DNA of 64,000 nt from Candidatus Latescibacterota bacterium (GTDB taxonomy: Bacteria; Latescibacterota; UBA2968): NCBI GenBank assembly GCA_965207885.1, contig OZ242311.1, positions 5,632,001-5,696,000 of the forward strand, read 5' to 3'. Made by a program: the position numbers and the translations under genes. A model generated the notes under the pieces. It was not told the DNA's origin. It did no database searches and worked only from the letters and a program-made list of their open reading frames with translations. Below, in pieces: positions 28,774-37,074 of this stretch (the stretch's first letter is position 1; every line of letters begins with the position of its first letter).

Positions 28774-30072
28774 TCAATCACTCCCACCCGTAAAATAACT
28801 CTTGGTGCCCTTGGCTTGCACCGCATCGCCGATCCGGTTCAAAGCATGCACATAAGCTGCGGTACGCTGAGAAATACCCTGTGTCTGGGCAATATCCCAA
28901 ACGCGCTCCGTCTCCTCGATCATCTTCTGTTTCAGCCGCTGATTGACCTCATCCAGCGTCCAATACAGACCCTGGCGGTTCTGCACCCACTCAAAATAAC
29001 TCACAGTCACGCCGCCGGCATTGACCAGAATATCGGGAAACACCACCACATCCCGCCCGCGCAAAATCTCGTCTGCCTCTGGAGTCGTCGGACCATTTGC
29101 CAGTTCATACACCGCCCTCGCCTTAATATCGCGGGCATTGGACGCTGTAATCTGATTCTCCAGCGCCGCTGGCGCCAGGATATCGACATCGAGCGCGAGC
29201 AATTCCTCATTGGTAATCGTATCGTGATCGACTGCATTGCACACACTACCCTCGCAATAAACAGCCTTAAGCGCGCGAGTCGAATCCTTGAACTGGCGCA
29301 CACTGGGAATATCGAGACCCTCTCGCCGATATATCCCACCCCTCGAGTCGCTCACCGCCACCACCTTGTAACCGGCATTAAAAAGCAACTCGGCAATAAT
29401 AGCCCCGGCATTGCCAAAACCCTGCACTGCCACAGTCGTCGTAGCGGGCGAGCCACTCAACCCGAGCCTGGGCAAAGTTGCCTCCATCGTAAAAAAGGCC
29501 CCCATCGCAGTCGCCTTATCCCTCCCCAGGCTCCCTCCCATGGTCAAAGGCTTACCAGTAATCACCGCAGGCGCAATCTGCCGCTTAATAATGCTATACT
29601 GATCCACCATCCAGCCCATAATCATCTCATTGGTATAAACATCTGGCGCCGGAATATCGATATCCGGACCAATAAAATCGGCCACCGCGTCGATATAACC
29701 CCGACTGAGTCGTTCCAGTTCAAAAGGAGAAAGCGACTTGGGATCAACCGTTATGCCACCTTTACCTCCGCCAAAGGGCAAATTGACCACCGCACACTTG
29801 AAAGTCATCCAAAAAGCCAGAGACTGCACCTCGTCAATAGACACATCTGGATGAAAGCGAATACCCCCTTTGGTGGGACCCCGCGTATCGTCGTAGCGCA
29901 CCCGGTACCCCGGGAAAATACCCAACTCGCCGTTATCCATCCGCACCGGGATAGAAACTTTCAAACTCGACCTGGGCAATTTGAGCCGCTCAATCGCCTC
30001 CTCGGAAATAGAAGCATAAGCCAGAGCTTCGTCGAGCCGTTGGCTGGCATCGCTGAACAATGATTCGGACAT
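28774..30072 (-). CDS. gdhA: Glutamate dehydrogenase (Glu/Leu/Phe/Val family)
   Basis: RGPTKGGIRFHP, PFGGGKGG, DIPAPDV, VQGFGNAG and ELANGP. Start MSESLF with a GGAGG RBS. Confidence 0.93.
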   Translation of the reverse strand: MSESLFSDASQRLDEALAYASISEEAIERLKLPRSSLKVSIPVRMDNGELGIFPGYRVRYDDTRGPTKGGIRFHPDVSIDEVQSLAFWMTFKCAVVNLPFGGGKGGITVDPKSLSPFELERLSRGYIDAVADFIGPDIDIPAPDVYTNEMIMGWMVDQYSIIKRQIAPAVITGKPLTMGGSLGRDKATAMGAFFTMEATLPRLGLSGSPATTTVAVQGFGNAGAIIAELLFNAGYKVVAVSDSRGGIYRREGLDIPSVRQFKDSTRALKAVYCEGSVCNAVDHDTITNEELLALDVDILAPAALENQITASNARDIKARAVYELANGPTTPEADEILRGRDVVVFPDILVNAGGVTVSYFEWVQNRQGLYWTLDEVNQRLKQKMIEETERVWDIAQTQGISQRTAAYVHALNRIGDAVQAKGTKSYFTGGSD

Positions 30073-30093
30073 CGTACATCCTCCTGAACACAT

Positions 30094-30119
30094 AAAGCCG
30101 TCAGGATATACCTGACGGC
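30094..30119 (-). terminator. Hairpin downstream of the DksA/TraR gene
   Basis: GCCGTCAGG-ATATA-CCTGACGGC followed by TTTAT on the minus strand. Confidence 0.5.
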
Positions 30120-30148
30120 CATAGGGTAATCATCTGCAAATTCCAAAA

Positions 30149-30589
30149 TTACTCATCGTCATCTGTAGAAATGGGCAAATCCTCGCGCTTCAAAACGCGG
30201 CGGCGGGGCCGACTACGCTGTTGGGGTGTGCGCTCGAGCCGTTCCTGAACCTGCACCGTATAACGCGCCGTGGGCATCGCCTCGAGCCGCATCGGATGAA
30301 TCGGTTCGCCGGATTCCTCGCAGAATCCATAAGTCCGATTTTCAATTTTTTGCAAGGCATTGTCAATCTCCGCCAATTCGTTCCGTTCGTGATTGCCCAG
30401 CGTCGTCATCAACTCCAGCGACGACGCATTGCCCGCCGCATCGAGAGGATCGGCTGCGACATCGCCTCTAATTTCATCGAGATCTTCATCTTGACTGAGC
30501 ACCTGCTTGAGCAACTCGCGCTTGCGCTCAGTCAAAATCTTTTTATAAAACACGAGCTGTTCATCACTCAAAGATTCATGCTTTGTCAT
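30149..30589 (-). CDS. DksA/TraR family regulator with a degenerate zinc finger
   Basis: Coiled-coil tip DPLDAA (DxxDxA) and ALQKIENRTYGFCEESGEPI...RLEAMPTARYT. Confidence 0.85.
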   Translation of the reverse strand: MTKHESLSDEQLVFYKKILTERKRELLKQVLSQDEDLDEIRGDVAADPLDAAGNASSLELMTTLGNHERNELAEIDNALQKIENRTYGFCEESGEPIHPMRLEAMPTARYTVQVQERLERTPQQRSRPRRRVLKREDLPISTDDDE

Positions 30590-30713
30590 TACCTATTGGT
30601 CCTTTTTTTGTTTCCCAGAAATCTGCTCCCCATAAATTTGTCCGCAATTATATGTCAGAGGCAAAATAATGTCAAGTCTTCCAAAACAAAAGTAAATCGC
30701 AATCCCAGGTATT

Positions 30714-32423
30714 CTATCCCCCAAGCGCAGCCAAAAAATCTTCTACAGAAAGCGCATTGAGCACACCATCAGCCATCAGACCACCCTTTCTGGCAATCCC
30801 CAGCCCAAAGCACATATCTTTCAGTCCCTCGGCACTGTGGGCATCTGTATTAATCGGAATTTGCACACCCTTCTCCCGCGCATAAGATAAAAATCGCCAA
30901 TCCAACTCCAAACGCGCGGGATTGGCATTGATCTCAATTGCCGTACGCGCATCGGCCGCAGCGTCAATCACAGCCTTCATATCGAGCGGATAGCCCTCAC
31001 GAGACAATAACAAACGGCCTGACGGATGCCCCAAAATATCGACATGGGGATTCTGAACCGCGCGAATCAACCGATCCGTAGCCTCTGTTTCAGTCATTGA
31101 AAACTTCGAATGCACAGACGCAACCACCAGATCAAACTCGAATAAAAATTCATCGTCGAAATCCAACCGCCCATCGCTCAAAATATCCACCTCAATACCC
31201 TTCAACACCCGAATATCCTCCACCGCATCGTTGACCCGATCGATCTCATCCCACTGCAACCGAACGCGATCTTCATTCAGCCCATTGGCATAAGCCGCGG
31301 CCTTGCTGTGATCGCAAATACCGATATACGCATAACCCAGCGCCTTTGCCGCCCGTGCCATATCCTCCACACTATGCCGCCCATCGCTATACGTCGTATG
31401 CACATGAAGCGTACCCTTCAGATCGGATTGCGCGACCAACTCCGGCAACGATCCTTGTGCAGCGCGTTCAATCTCATCCCGTCCCTCGCGCAACTCAGGC
31501 GGAATATAATGCAAACCCAATGCACCAAATAACGCGCGCTCATCGGCACAAACCGCGTTTTCATCTCCCTTGAACAAACCGTATTCATTAAGCTTCATAC
31601 CCCGGTCTTTTGCCCGCTGCCGCATCGCGGTATTGTGTTCTTTGCTCCCCGTAAAATGGTGCAATGCATAGGGAAACGCCGCATCCGGCACAATCCTCAA
31701 ATCTGCACGCATACCCGAATCCAGCACAACACTCACCTTTGTCTCGCCCCGCCCCGTAACCTCTGCCACACCGGGATACGCGACAAAAACCTCGGCAAGC
31801 GCGCGCCCGTCTTTCGCGCTCGCAACAATATCCACATCCTTGCTCGTCTCCATACATCGCCGCACACTGCCCGCCACCGATAGACGCATCACCCCCGGTT
31901 GATCCGACAGATAAGCGCGCAACGCCTCTGCTTCATCTCGCGCCGTGCGGCTCAAAAAACGCCCGCGATGTTGCTGCAAATAAGACACCCCATGCAAAAT
32001 ACTCTCAGCGGTCTTCTTCCCGAACCCGCGCAATTTTTCGACCTCACCCGCCTCGCAGGCTTTTGCCAGCGCATCCACATCGGCAATACCCAATTGCTCG
32101 TAAATAGACCGCACCCGCTTCGCGCCCAAACCGGGCACCTCAATCATCTCCAATAACCCTTCGGGCAGAGTGGAACGCAAATCGCCCATACCCGGCAACT
32201 GCCCCGTATCAATAAGTACTGCAATATTTGCCGCCATCTTCGCGCCAATACCGCGCACAGATTCCAATTCACCGCGCGCGCTCAAATCCGAAGCGGGCTT
32301 CCGCAACAGCTCAATCTGCCGCGCTGCATTGACATAAGACCGAATGCGAAACGCATTCTCGCCATTCAGTTCCATCAGCGTAGTCATCTTTTCCAATGCC
32401 GCGGCAATATCTTTATTATCCAT
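30714..32423 (-). CDS. polX: DNA polymerase X / PHP 3'-5' exonuclease
   Basis: GENAFRIRSY, AGSVRR, KDVD, ADLRIV, HFTGSKEHN, LNEYGLF and PHP motifs HVHT, DHS and NTDAH. Confidence 0.95.
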   Translation of the reverse strand: MDNKDIAAALEKMTTLMELNGENAFRIRSYVNAARQIELLRKPASDLSARGELESVRGIGAKMAANIAVLIDTGQLPGMGDLRSTLPEGLLEMIEVPGLGAKRVRSIYEQLGIADVDALAKACEAGEVEKLRGFGKKTAESILHGVSYLQQHRGRFLSRTARDEAEALRAYLSDQPGVMRLSVAGSVRRCMETSKDVDIVASAKDGRALAEVFVAYPGVAEVTGRGETKVSVVLDSGMRADLRIVPDAAFPYALHHFTGSKEHNTAMRQRAKDRGMKLNEYGLFKGDENAVCADERALFGALGLHYIPPELREGRDEIERAAQGSLPELVAQSDLKGTLHVHTTYSDGRHSVEDMARAAKALGYAYIGICDHSKAAAYANGLNEDRVRLQWDEIDRVNDAVEDIRVLKGIEVDILSDGRLDFDDEFLFEFDLVVASVHSKFSMTETEATDRLIRAVQNPHVDILGHPSGRLLLSREGYPLDMKAVIDAAADARTAIEINANPARLELDWRFLSYAREKGVQIPINTDAHSAEGLKDMCFGLGIARKGGLMADGVLNALSVEDFLAALGG

Positions 32424-32532
32424 TCAAAACCACCGGGAAATGTAGTGGACATTTAGCAATCTACATGGTTATTTTAACTTCAATCGCCTGCGCAAATTTT
32501 GGAGAATATAGATACAGAATGGAGCTAAGTCA

Positions 32533-33561
32533 ATGAACCAAACCACAAAAATCGCCATCGTCGGACTGGGTCGCATCGGCTGGCGATTTCACTTTCAGCA
32601 AGCCCTCTCATCCAACCAATTTGAACTCACCGCTGTTGTCGATCCCCTGCCCGAACGCTTATCCGAAGCACGCGCAGCAGCGGGTTGTGAAACCCACACC
32701 GATTTTGAATCTCTCTGGTCCGGCCCATTGCCCGACGTAGTCGCCATTGCCACGCCGACCACATTGCACGAAGACATGACCATTCGCGCCCTCAACGAAG
32801 GTTGTCACGTCATCCTCGAAAAACCCATGACCACCTCCCTCGCCTCGGCAGATCGCCTGATCGCCCAGGCCCAAAAAAATAACCGCCGCATCTTTCTCTA
32901 TCAACCCCACCGCCTCACACCCGAAACGCAAACCGCGCGAGAAATTATTCAAAGCGGCATGCTGGGACCTATCTACTTCATACACCGGGGCGTATATCGC
33001 TATGTGCGCCGAAACGACTGGCAGAGCTTGCGAAAAAACGGCGGCGGCATGCTCAACAACTACGGCGCGCATTACCTCGACCAACTCATCTATCTCTCGG
33101 ACGACTCGGCAATCACAGAAGTCGATTGCAAACGCTGGGCAATAGCCACCCGGGGGGATGCCGACGACGTAGTCAAAGCCTGGGTAAAAAAAGACTCTGG
33201 ACAGCTCTTAGACGTGCATATCAATCAGGCCACTGCCCATATCATGCCCCTCTGGCATATCTGTGGAAAATACGGCACAGCCATCCGCGACGACAACGTA
33301 TTCAAAGTACGATACTACGACCCCGCAGAAGCACCCCCGCTAAACATCGTCGAAGGCGCAGCACCCGAACGCAGCTACGACAATAAGGACCGATTGCCCT
33401 GGCGGGAAGAAGATATCCCGATCACCCGGGACAAACAGCGCGACTTCTACGCCAACATCTACGACGTAATCGTCAACAACGCCACGCCCTATATTCGCAT
33501 AGAAGAATCGCGCGAACTCATGCGCGTCATGGACTTATGCCGCCAAAGTGCCAAATTCTGA
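32533..33561 (+). CDS. Gfo/Idh/MocA family oxidoreductase
   Basis: IAIVGLGRIG, IATPTTLH, VILEKP and GGMLNNYGAHYLD. Confidence 0.9.
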   Translation: MNQTTKIAIVGLGRIGWRFHFQQALSSNQFELTAVVDPLPERLSEARAAAGCETHTDFESLWSGPLPDVVAIATPTTLHEDMTIRALNEGCHVILEKPMTTSLASADRLIAQAQKNNRRIFLYQPHRLTPETQTAREIIQSGMLGPIYFIHRGVYRYVRRNDWQSLRKNGGGMLNNYGAHYLDQLIYLSDDSAITEVDCKRWAIATRGDADDVVKAWVKKDSGQLLDVHINQATAHIMPLWHICGKYGTAIRDDNVFKVRYYDPAEAPPLNIVEGAAPERSYDNKDRLPWREEDIPITRDKQRDFYANIYDVIVNNATPYIRIEESRELMRVMDLCRQSAKF

Positions 33562-33643
33562 TCAGGATGTGCCGGATTAAAGGATATACAGGATAAAATC
33601 CGTAGATCGAACCAACGATACAATCAAACTATCAGGAGACACG

Positions 33644-34498
33644 ATGAAACTTTCACTCACCTCTGTCATGCTTCCCCGATGGGATTTGGAAACCACATTC
33701 AAAAAATTGGAAAAACACGGTTACGAAGGCATTGAACTCCGCTGCCGATACAATCCCGAAGACCCCAATGCCGAATTGTTCTATTGGGGACGCCACCTCA
33801 CGGATGTCAGCCCAGACAATATCCTGGACAAGGCAGCGCAGATACGCGACCTCTCAAACCAAACCGGCGTGCGCGTTTGCACCCTCGCATCCAATTTCAC
33901 TTATGATAAGATCGAAATCATCGAAAAAATATTCAAAGGCGCGCGTGCAATCGACTCCGATAACCCACCCCTCATTCGCGTTGGTGCCCAGAGCCACGAC
34001 CGCCAGGCGCCCTATATTCCCCAATTCCTCAAAGCGCGCGCGAGTTTTGCCGACCTGGTCGAAATGGCGCGCGATTACGGCGTCAAAATCATCTATGAAA
34101 TTCACGTTGGCACCATCGCTGTGAGCGCATCTCGCACCATCGCCCTCTTAGAAAACCTCGATCCCAATCACATCGGTGCCATCTGGGATGTGCCCAACAT
34201 GATCCGCGTGGGACTTGAAGACAGCAAAATGGGCCTCGAACTACTCGGCCCGTATCTCGCCCATGTACACATCGGCAATGCCACACCCGTGCAAACCGAG
34301 CGCGACGAGACCGGAAGCATGCAATGGGAATGGAATTTTAGCGACCTGCGAGAAGGCATGGCAGATATTCCCCAAATTATCCAGGACCTCAAAGACGTCG
34401 GATATCGGGGTTATATCTCACTTGAAGAATTTGGTCCCGGCGATGACGAAGAAAAAATCAGTTCCCAGGGCAACTATTTGAAATCCCTCATCAATTAA
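33644..34498 (+). CDS. Sugar phosphate isomerase/epimerase (AP endonuclease 2 TIM barrel)
   Basis: GYEGIELR, IYEIH, IWDVPN, HVHI and GYISLE metal-ligand pattern. Confidence 0.85.
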   Translation: MKLSLTSVMLPRWDLETTFKKLEKHGYEGIELRCRYNPEDPNAELFYWGRHLTDVSPDNILDKAAQIRDLSNQTGVRVCTLASNFTYDKIEIIEKIFKGARAIDSDNPPLIRVGAQSHDRQAPYIPQFLKARASFADLVEMARDYGVKIIYEIHVGTIAVSASRTIALLENLDPNHIGAIWDVPNMIRVGLEDSKMGLELLGPYLAHVHIGNATPVQTERDETGSMQWEWNFSDLREGMADIPQIIQDLKDVGYRGYISLEEFGPGDDEEKISSQGNYLKSLIN

Positions 34499-34511
34499 CA
34501 AGGAGCACACT

Positions 34512-35402
34512 ATGGTCCCCCTCATCAGCAGTCTCGTCTATGGCCCGCTCGGCGCGTGCCAATTGCCCCGCACATGGTGGAAAGTACTCACGCGCAACGC
34601 CGGTATTTTAGACGACGAATACCCCGACATGACGGATAATGGCCTCGACCCCCGTGTACTGCGCGCATTGAATCTGGATATCGAAACCACATTGGCCTAC
34701 TTGCGCGAAAACATGCCCTCATACCTCGAATTTGAAGCGTGGATACTCGAACAGAGAGGCGACGACTTCTGGGGCTTTGAACAGCAAGACGCCATCGTCC
34801 GATGGAACGCGTTTATCCGCGCACGGCGACACCGCGGGGAAAAAATCGAAGAAACGTACACAGACACGGGCCTGCCTCGGGATGCGGGCATTGATTCTGC
34901 AACCGTACTCAACTGCCTTCAGGATATGCAGTTATTTTACAAGCGCGACCTGTCCGAACTGCGCGGAAACATCGTCCCCCTCATCGCCACAATCGACTTC
35001 GGACCCCTCGGCGTGCGCCAATTGCCCCGCACCTGGTACAAAATCCTCCTCCGCGCAAAAGGCCTGCTACACCCCGACTATCCCGACATGACAGAGAGCG
35101 GCCTGGACCCCCGCGTACTGCGCGCATTAAATCTGGGCATCGACGCCACATTAAACCACATCCGCACAAACCTCCCATCCTATCTCGAATTTGAAGGCTG
35201 GGTACTCGAACAGTGCGGCGGTCAAATTCCCGTACAAGCCGTTGACGAATGGAACGACTACTTGTGCAATCGCATCCACAACGACGCCAAACGCGCAGAA
35301 ATCCGCGCAACCGTGGGATGTGGCGACATATCCTCAGCCGTCGTACTCAACCACATCGAAGACTGGCATCTGGCACATCAGTGGCTCTTAAGTGCCGTGT
35401 GA
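34512..35402 (+). CDS. Hypothetical protein built from two tandem DUF5069-like repeats
   Basis: VPLI...GPLG..QLPRTW.K...YPDMT..GLDPRVLRALNL.I..TL...R.N.PSYLEFE.W.LEQ occurs twice. The DUF5069 label is from recall. Confidence 0.65.
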   Translation: MVPLISSLVYGPLGACQLPRTWWKVLTRNAGILDDEYPDMTDNGLDPRVLRALNLDIETTLAYLRENMPSYLEFEAWILEQRGDDFWGFEQQDAIVRWNAFIRARRHRGEKIEETYTDTGLPRDAGIDSATVLNCLQDMQLFYKRDLSELRGNIVPLIATIDFGPLGVRQLPRTWYKILLRAKGLLHPDYPDMTESGLDPRVLRALNLGIDATLNHIRTNLPSYLEFEGWVLEQCGGQIPVQAVDEWNDYLCNRIHNDAKRAEIRATVGCGDISSAVVLNHIEDWHLAHQWLLSAV

Positions 35403-35417
35403 AAAGGAGAAAAAACA

Positions 35418-36527
35418 ATGTCTATTGAACTTGGCGAATTGTCCAATGGCGTGTCACTTACACAAGTGACCACAGACGCACTTGAAAAATCCAACATCTA
35501 CTGCGAACTGCCCTACTGCTCTGCTGACTCGCGTGTCTTTGTCTATGAACAAAAAAATTCAGACACCGCGCCCAACACCACCGAATACGTCGCCTGCGAA
35601 TTTGGCACATGGGAAACCGAAGTCATCGGGCGCGGTCTGGGCGGACCCGGAATGACCCACAGCGGCATCTTCTTTTATAAGCGCATTATCCCCAACAAAT
35701 GCCAGGAACTCGTGCGCGTTGACCTGCGCACGGGAAAACAGCGCGTCATCCATGAATTTCCCGAAGACCTTCAAACGCGCGGCCTGGGCACCCTATCGCC
35801 CGATGAACGCTATTACGCCTATGGCGTCACCATCAGCTATCACCCCAAAATGTTTGGCATTGAACTCGTCGATCTCGAAAAGGGAACGCGAGAAATCATC
35901 AATACCGACCCCGACATCTGCAACCCACACACGCAATTTGAACCCACAGAAGGCAAACAAATCATGGTTCAGCACAACCGGGGCTGCGAATTTAAACCCG
36001 ATGGCACCCGCGTCAAACTCGTCGGCGACGAAGGCGCCACCGAATACCTCGTCGATATACCCGACGGCAGAGTCACACGCCTTCAGGTCGGACTACCCCA
36101 TACGCCGAGCATCACCGGACACGAAGCTTGGATCGCGGGCGCAAATGAAATCCTCCTATCCGTCCGCGCAGAAGGGGAGTATGCACCCGACAAGGGCAAC
36201 CTCGTCAAAGTATCGGCAAATAAACCCGCAGAGCGCGTCGGCACGCCGGGCTATCGCTTCAACCACGTCGGCACCTCCCCCTGTGGTCAATACTTCTTCT
36301 GCGACGACTGGCAGGGCGCCAGCAAACTCGTCGTCGGCAATATCCAGACCGGCAAAACCGCGGTCGTATGCGAAGCTCATACATCCATGAGCACCGAGCA
36401 AAACACACACGGGCATCCCTATCTCTCGCCCGACCTCAAATGGCTCGTCTTCAACTCCGACCGCTCGGGACATCCCCAAATCCACGTCGCATCCGTGCCT
36501 TCTGAGCTCATTGCTCAATTGAATTAG
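35418..36527 (+). CDS. Oligogalacturonate-lyase-like / TolB-type beta-propeller
   Basis: NIYCELPY, ICNPHTQF, ITGHEAW and HGHPYLSPDLKWLVFNSDRSG.PQI. Confidence 0.7.
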   Translation: MSIELGELSNGVSLTQVTTDALEKSNIYCELPYCSADSRVFVYEQKNSDTAPNTTEYVACEFGTWETEVIGRGLGGPGMTHSGIFFYKRIIPNKCQELVRVDLRTGKQRVIHEFPEDLQTRGLGTLSPDERYYAYGVTISYHPKMFGIELVDLEKGTREIINTDPDICNPHTQFEPTEGKQIMVQHNRGCEFKPDGTRVKLVGDEGATEYLVDIPDGRVTRLQVGLPHTPSITGHEAWIAGANEILLSVRAEGEYAPDKGNLVKVSANKPAERVGTPGYRFNHVGTSPCGQYFFCDDWQGASKLVVGNIQTGKTAVVCEAHTSMSTEQNTHGHPYLSPDLKWLVFNSDRSGHPQIHVASVPSELIAQLN

Positions 36528-36579
36528 GAGTGTGCATAATTCATTTGTTGTGGTGCAAAGACGTATAGAGATTTTTTTA

Positions 36580-36790
36580 ATATTTTTCTTTTCATGCCTT
36601 CGGCGACCTACTTTTTGTCACCAGCAACAAAAAGTAGGCAAAAAATGCCGCTCTCAAACGCCGAGGGGCTATGCACAGCGCAAATCGCTTCTATAGTAAT
36701 ACACCCTGCTGTGGCCTGCACAGTTGGGATGCCATAAAGATGTCCGCTGCGAAACGGACTCACACGCTGTGCATAATGGCTTTGATTGAT
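36580..36790. repeat. Structured intergenic element (possible dispersed repeat/MITE)
   Basis: CCTACTTTTTGT-N8-ACAAAAAGTAGG perfect stem (36607-36638) plus further short hairpins. Single copy in this window. Confidence 0.4.
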
Positions 36791-36857
36791 GGCGTTTTGC
36801 AATGGTGCGTTTTGTGATGCCTTATCTGAAGTAATGCGTAACATCAGTCACAAATTC

Positions 36858-36897
36858 AACAGGCACATTGTATTGGTTTCAATGTGCCTGTTTTTTT
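36858..36897 (+). terminator. Rho-independent terminator
   Basis: ACAGGCACATTG...CAATGTGCCTGT followed by TTTTTT. Confidence 0.75.
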
Positions 36898-36903
36898 ATA
36901 AAA

Positions 36904-37019
36904 TGTTCATTTTCGGACACCACTGTATCAAAATCGGACACTTATTACAATGCATTCATGGCACGAATTTTTATAACTACTTGTAAAACATAGAAAAGAA
37001 ATTTTGGCACAGAAATTGC
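36904..37019 (+). promoter_or_regulatory. sigma54 (-24/-12) promoter with two upstream activator sites
   Basis: TGGCACAGAAATTGC at 37005-37019 (GG-N10-GC), TGTTCATTTTCGGACA at 36904-36919 and TGTATCAAAATCGGACA at 36924-36940. Confidence 0.75.
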
Positions 37020-37074
37020 GTACCTTTTTACCACACATTCACTTCACTCTATAAATCATTTCAGAGGATAACCG

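Noticed and set aside
28755-28826. N-terminal extension of the RM ORF overlapping gdhA
   Set aside because: It overlaps the gdhA 3' end. The ATG at 28754 or the following GTG is a more plausible start.
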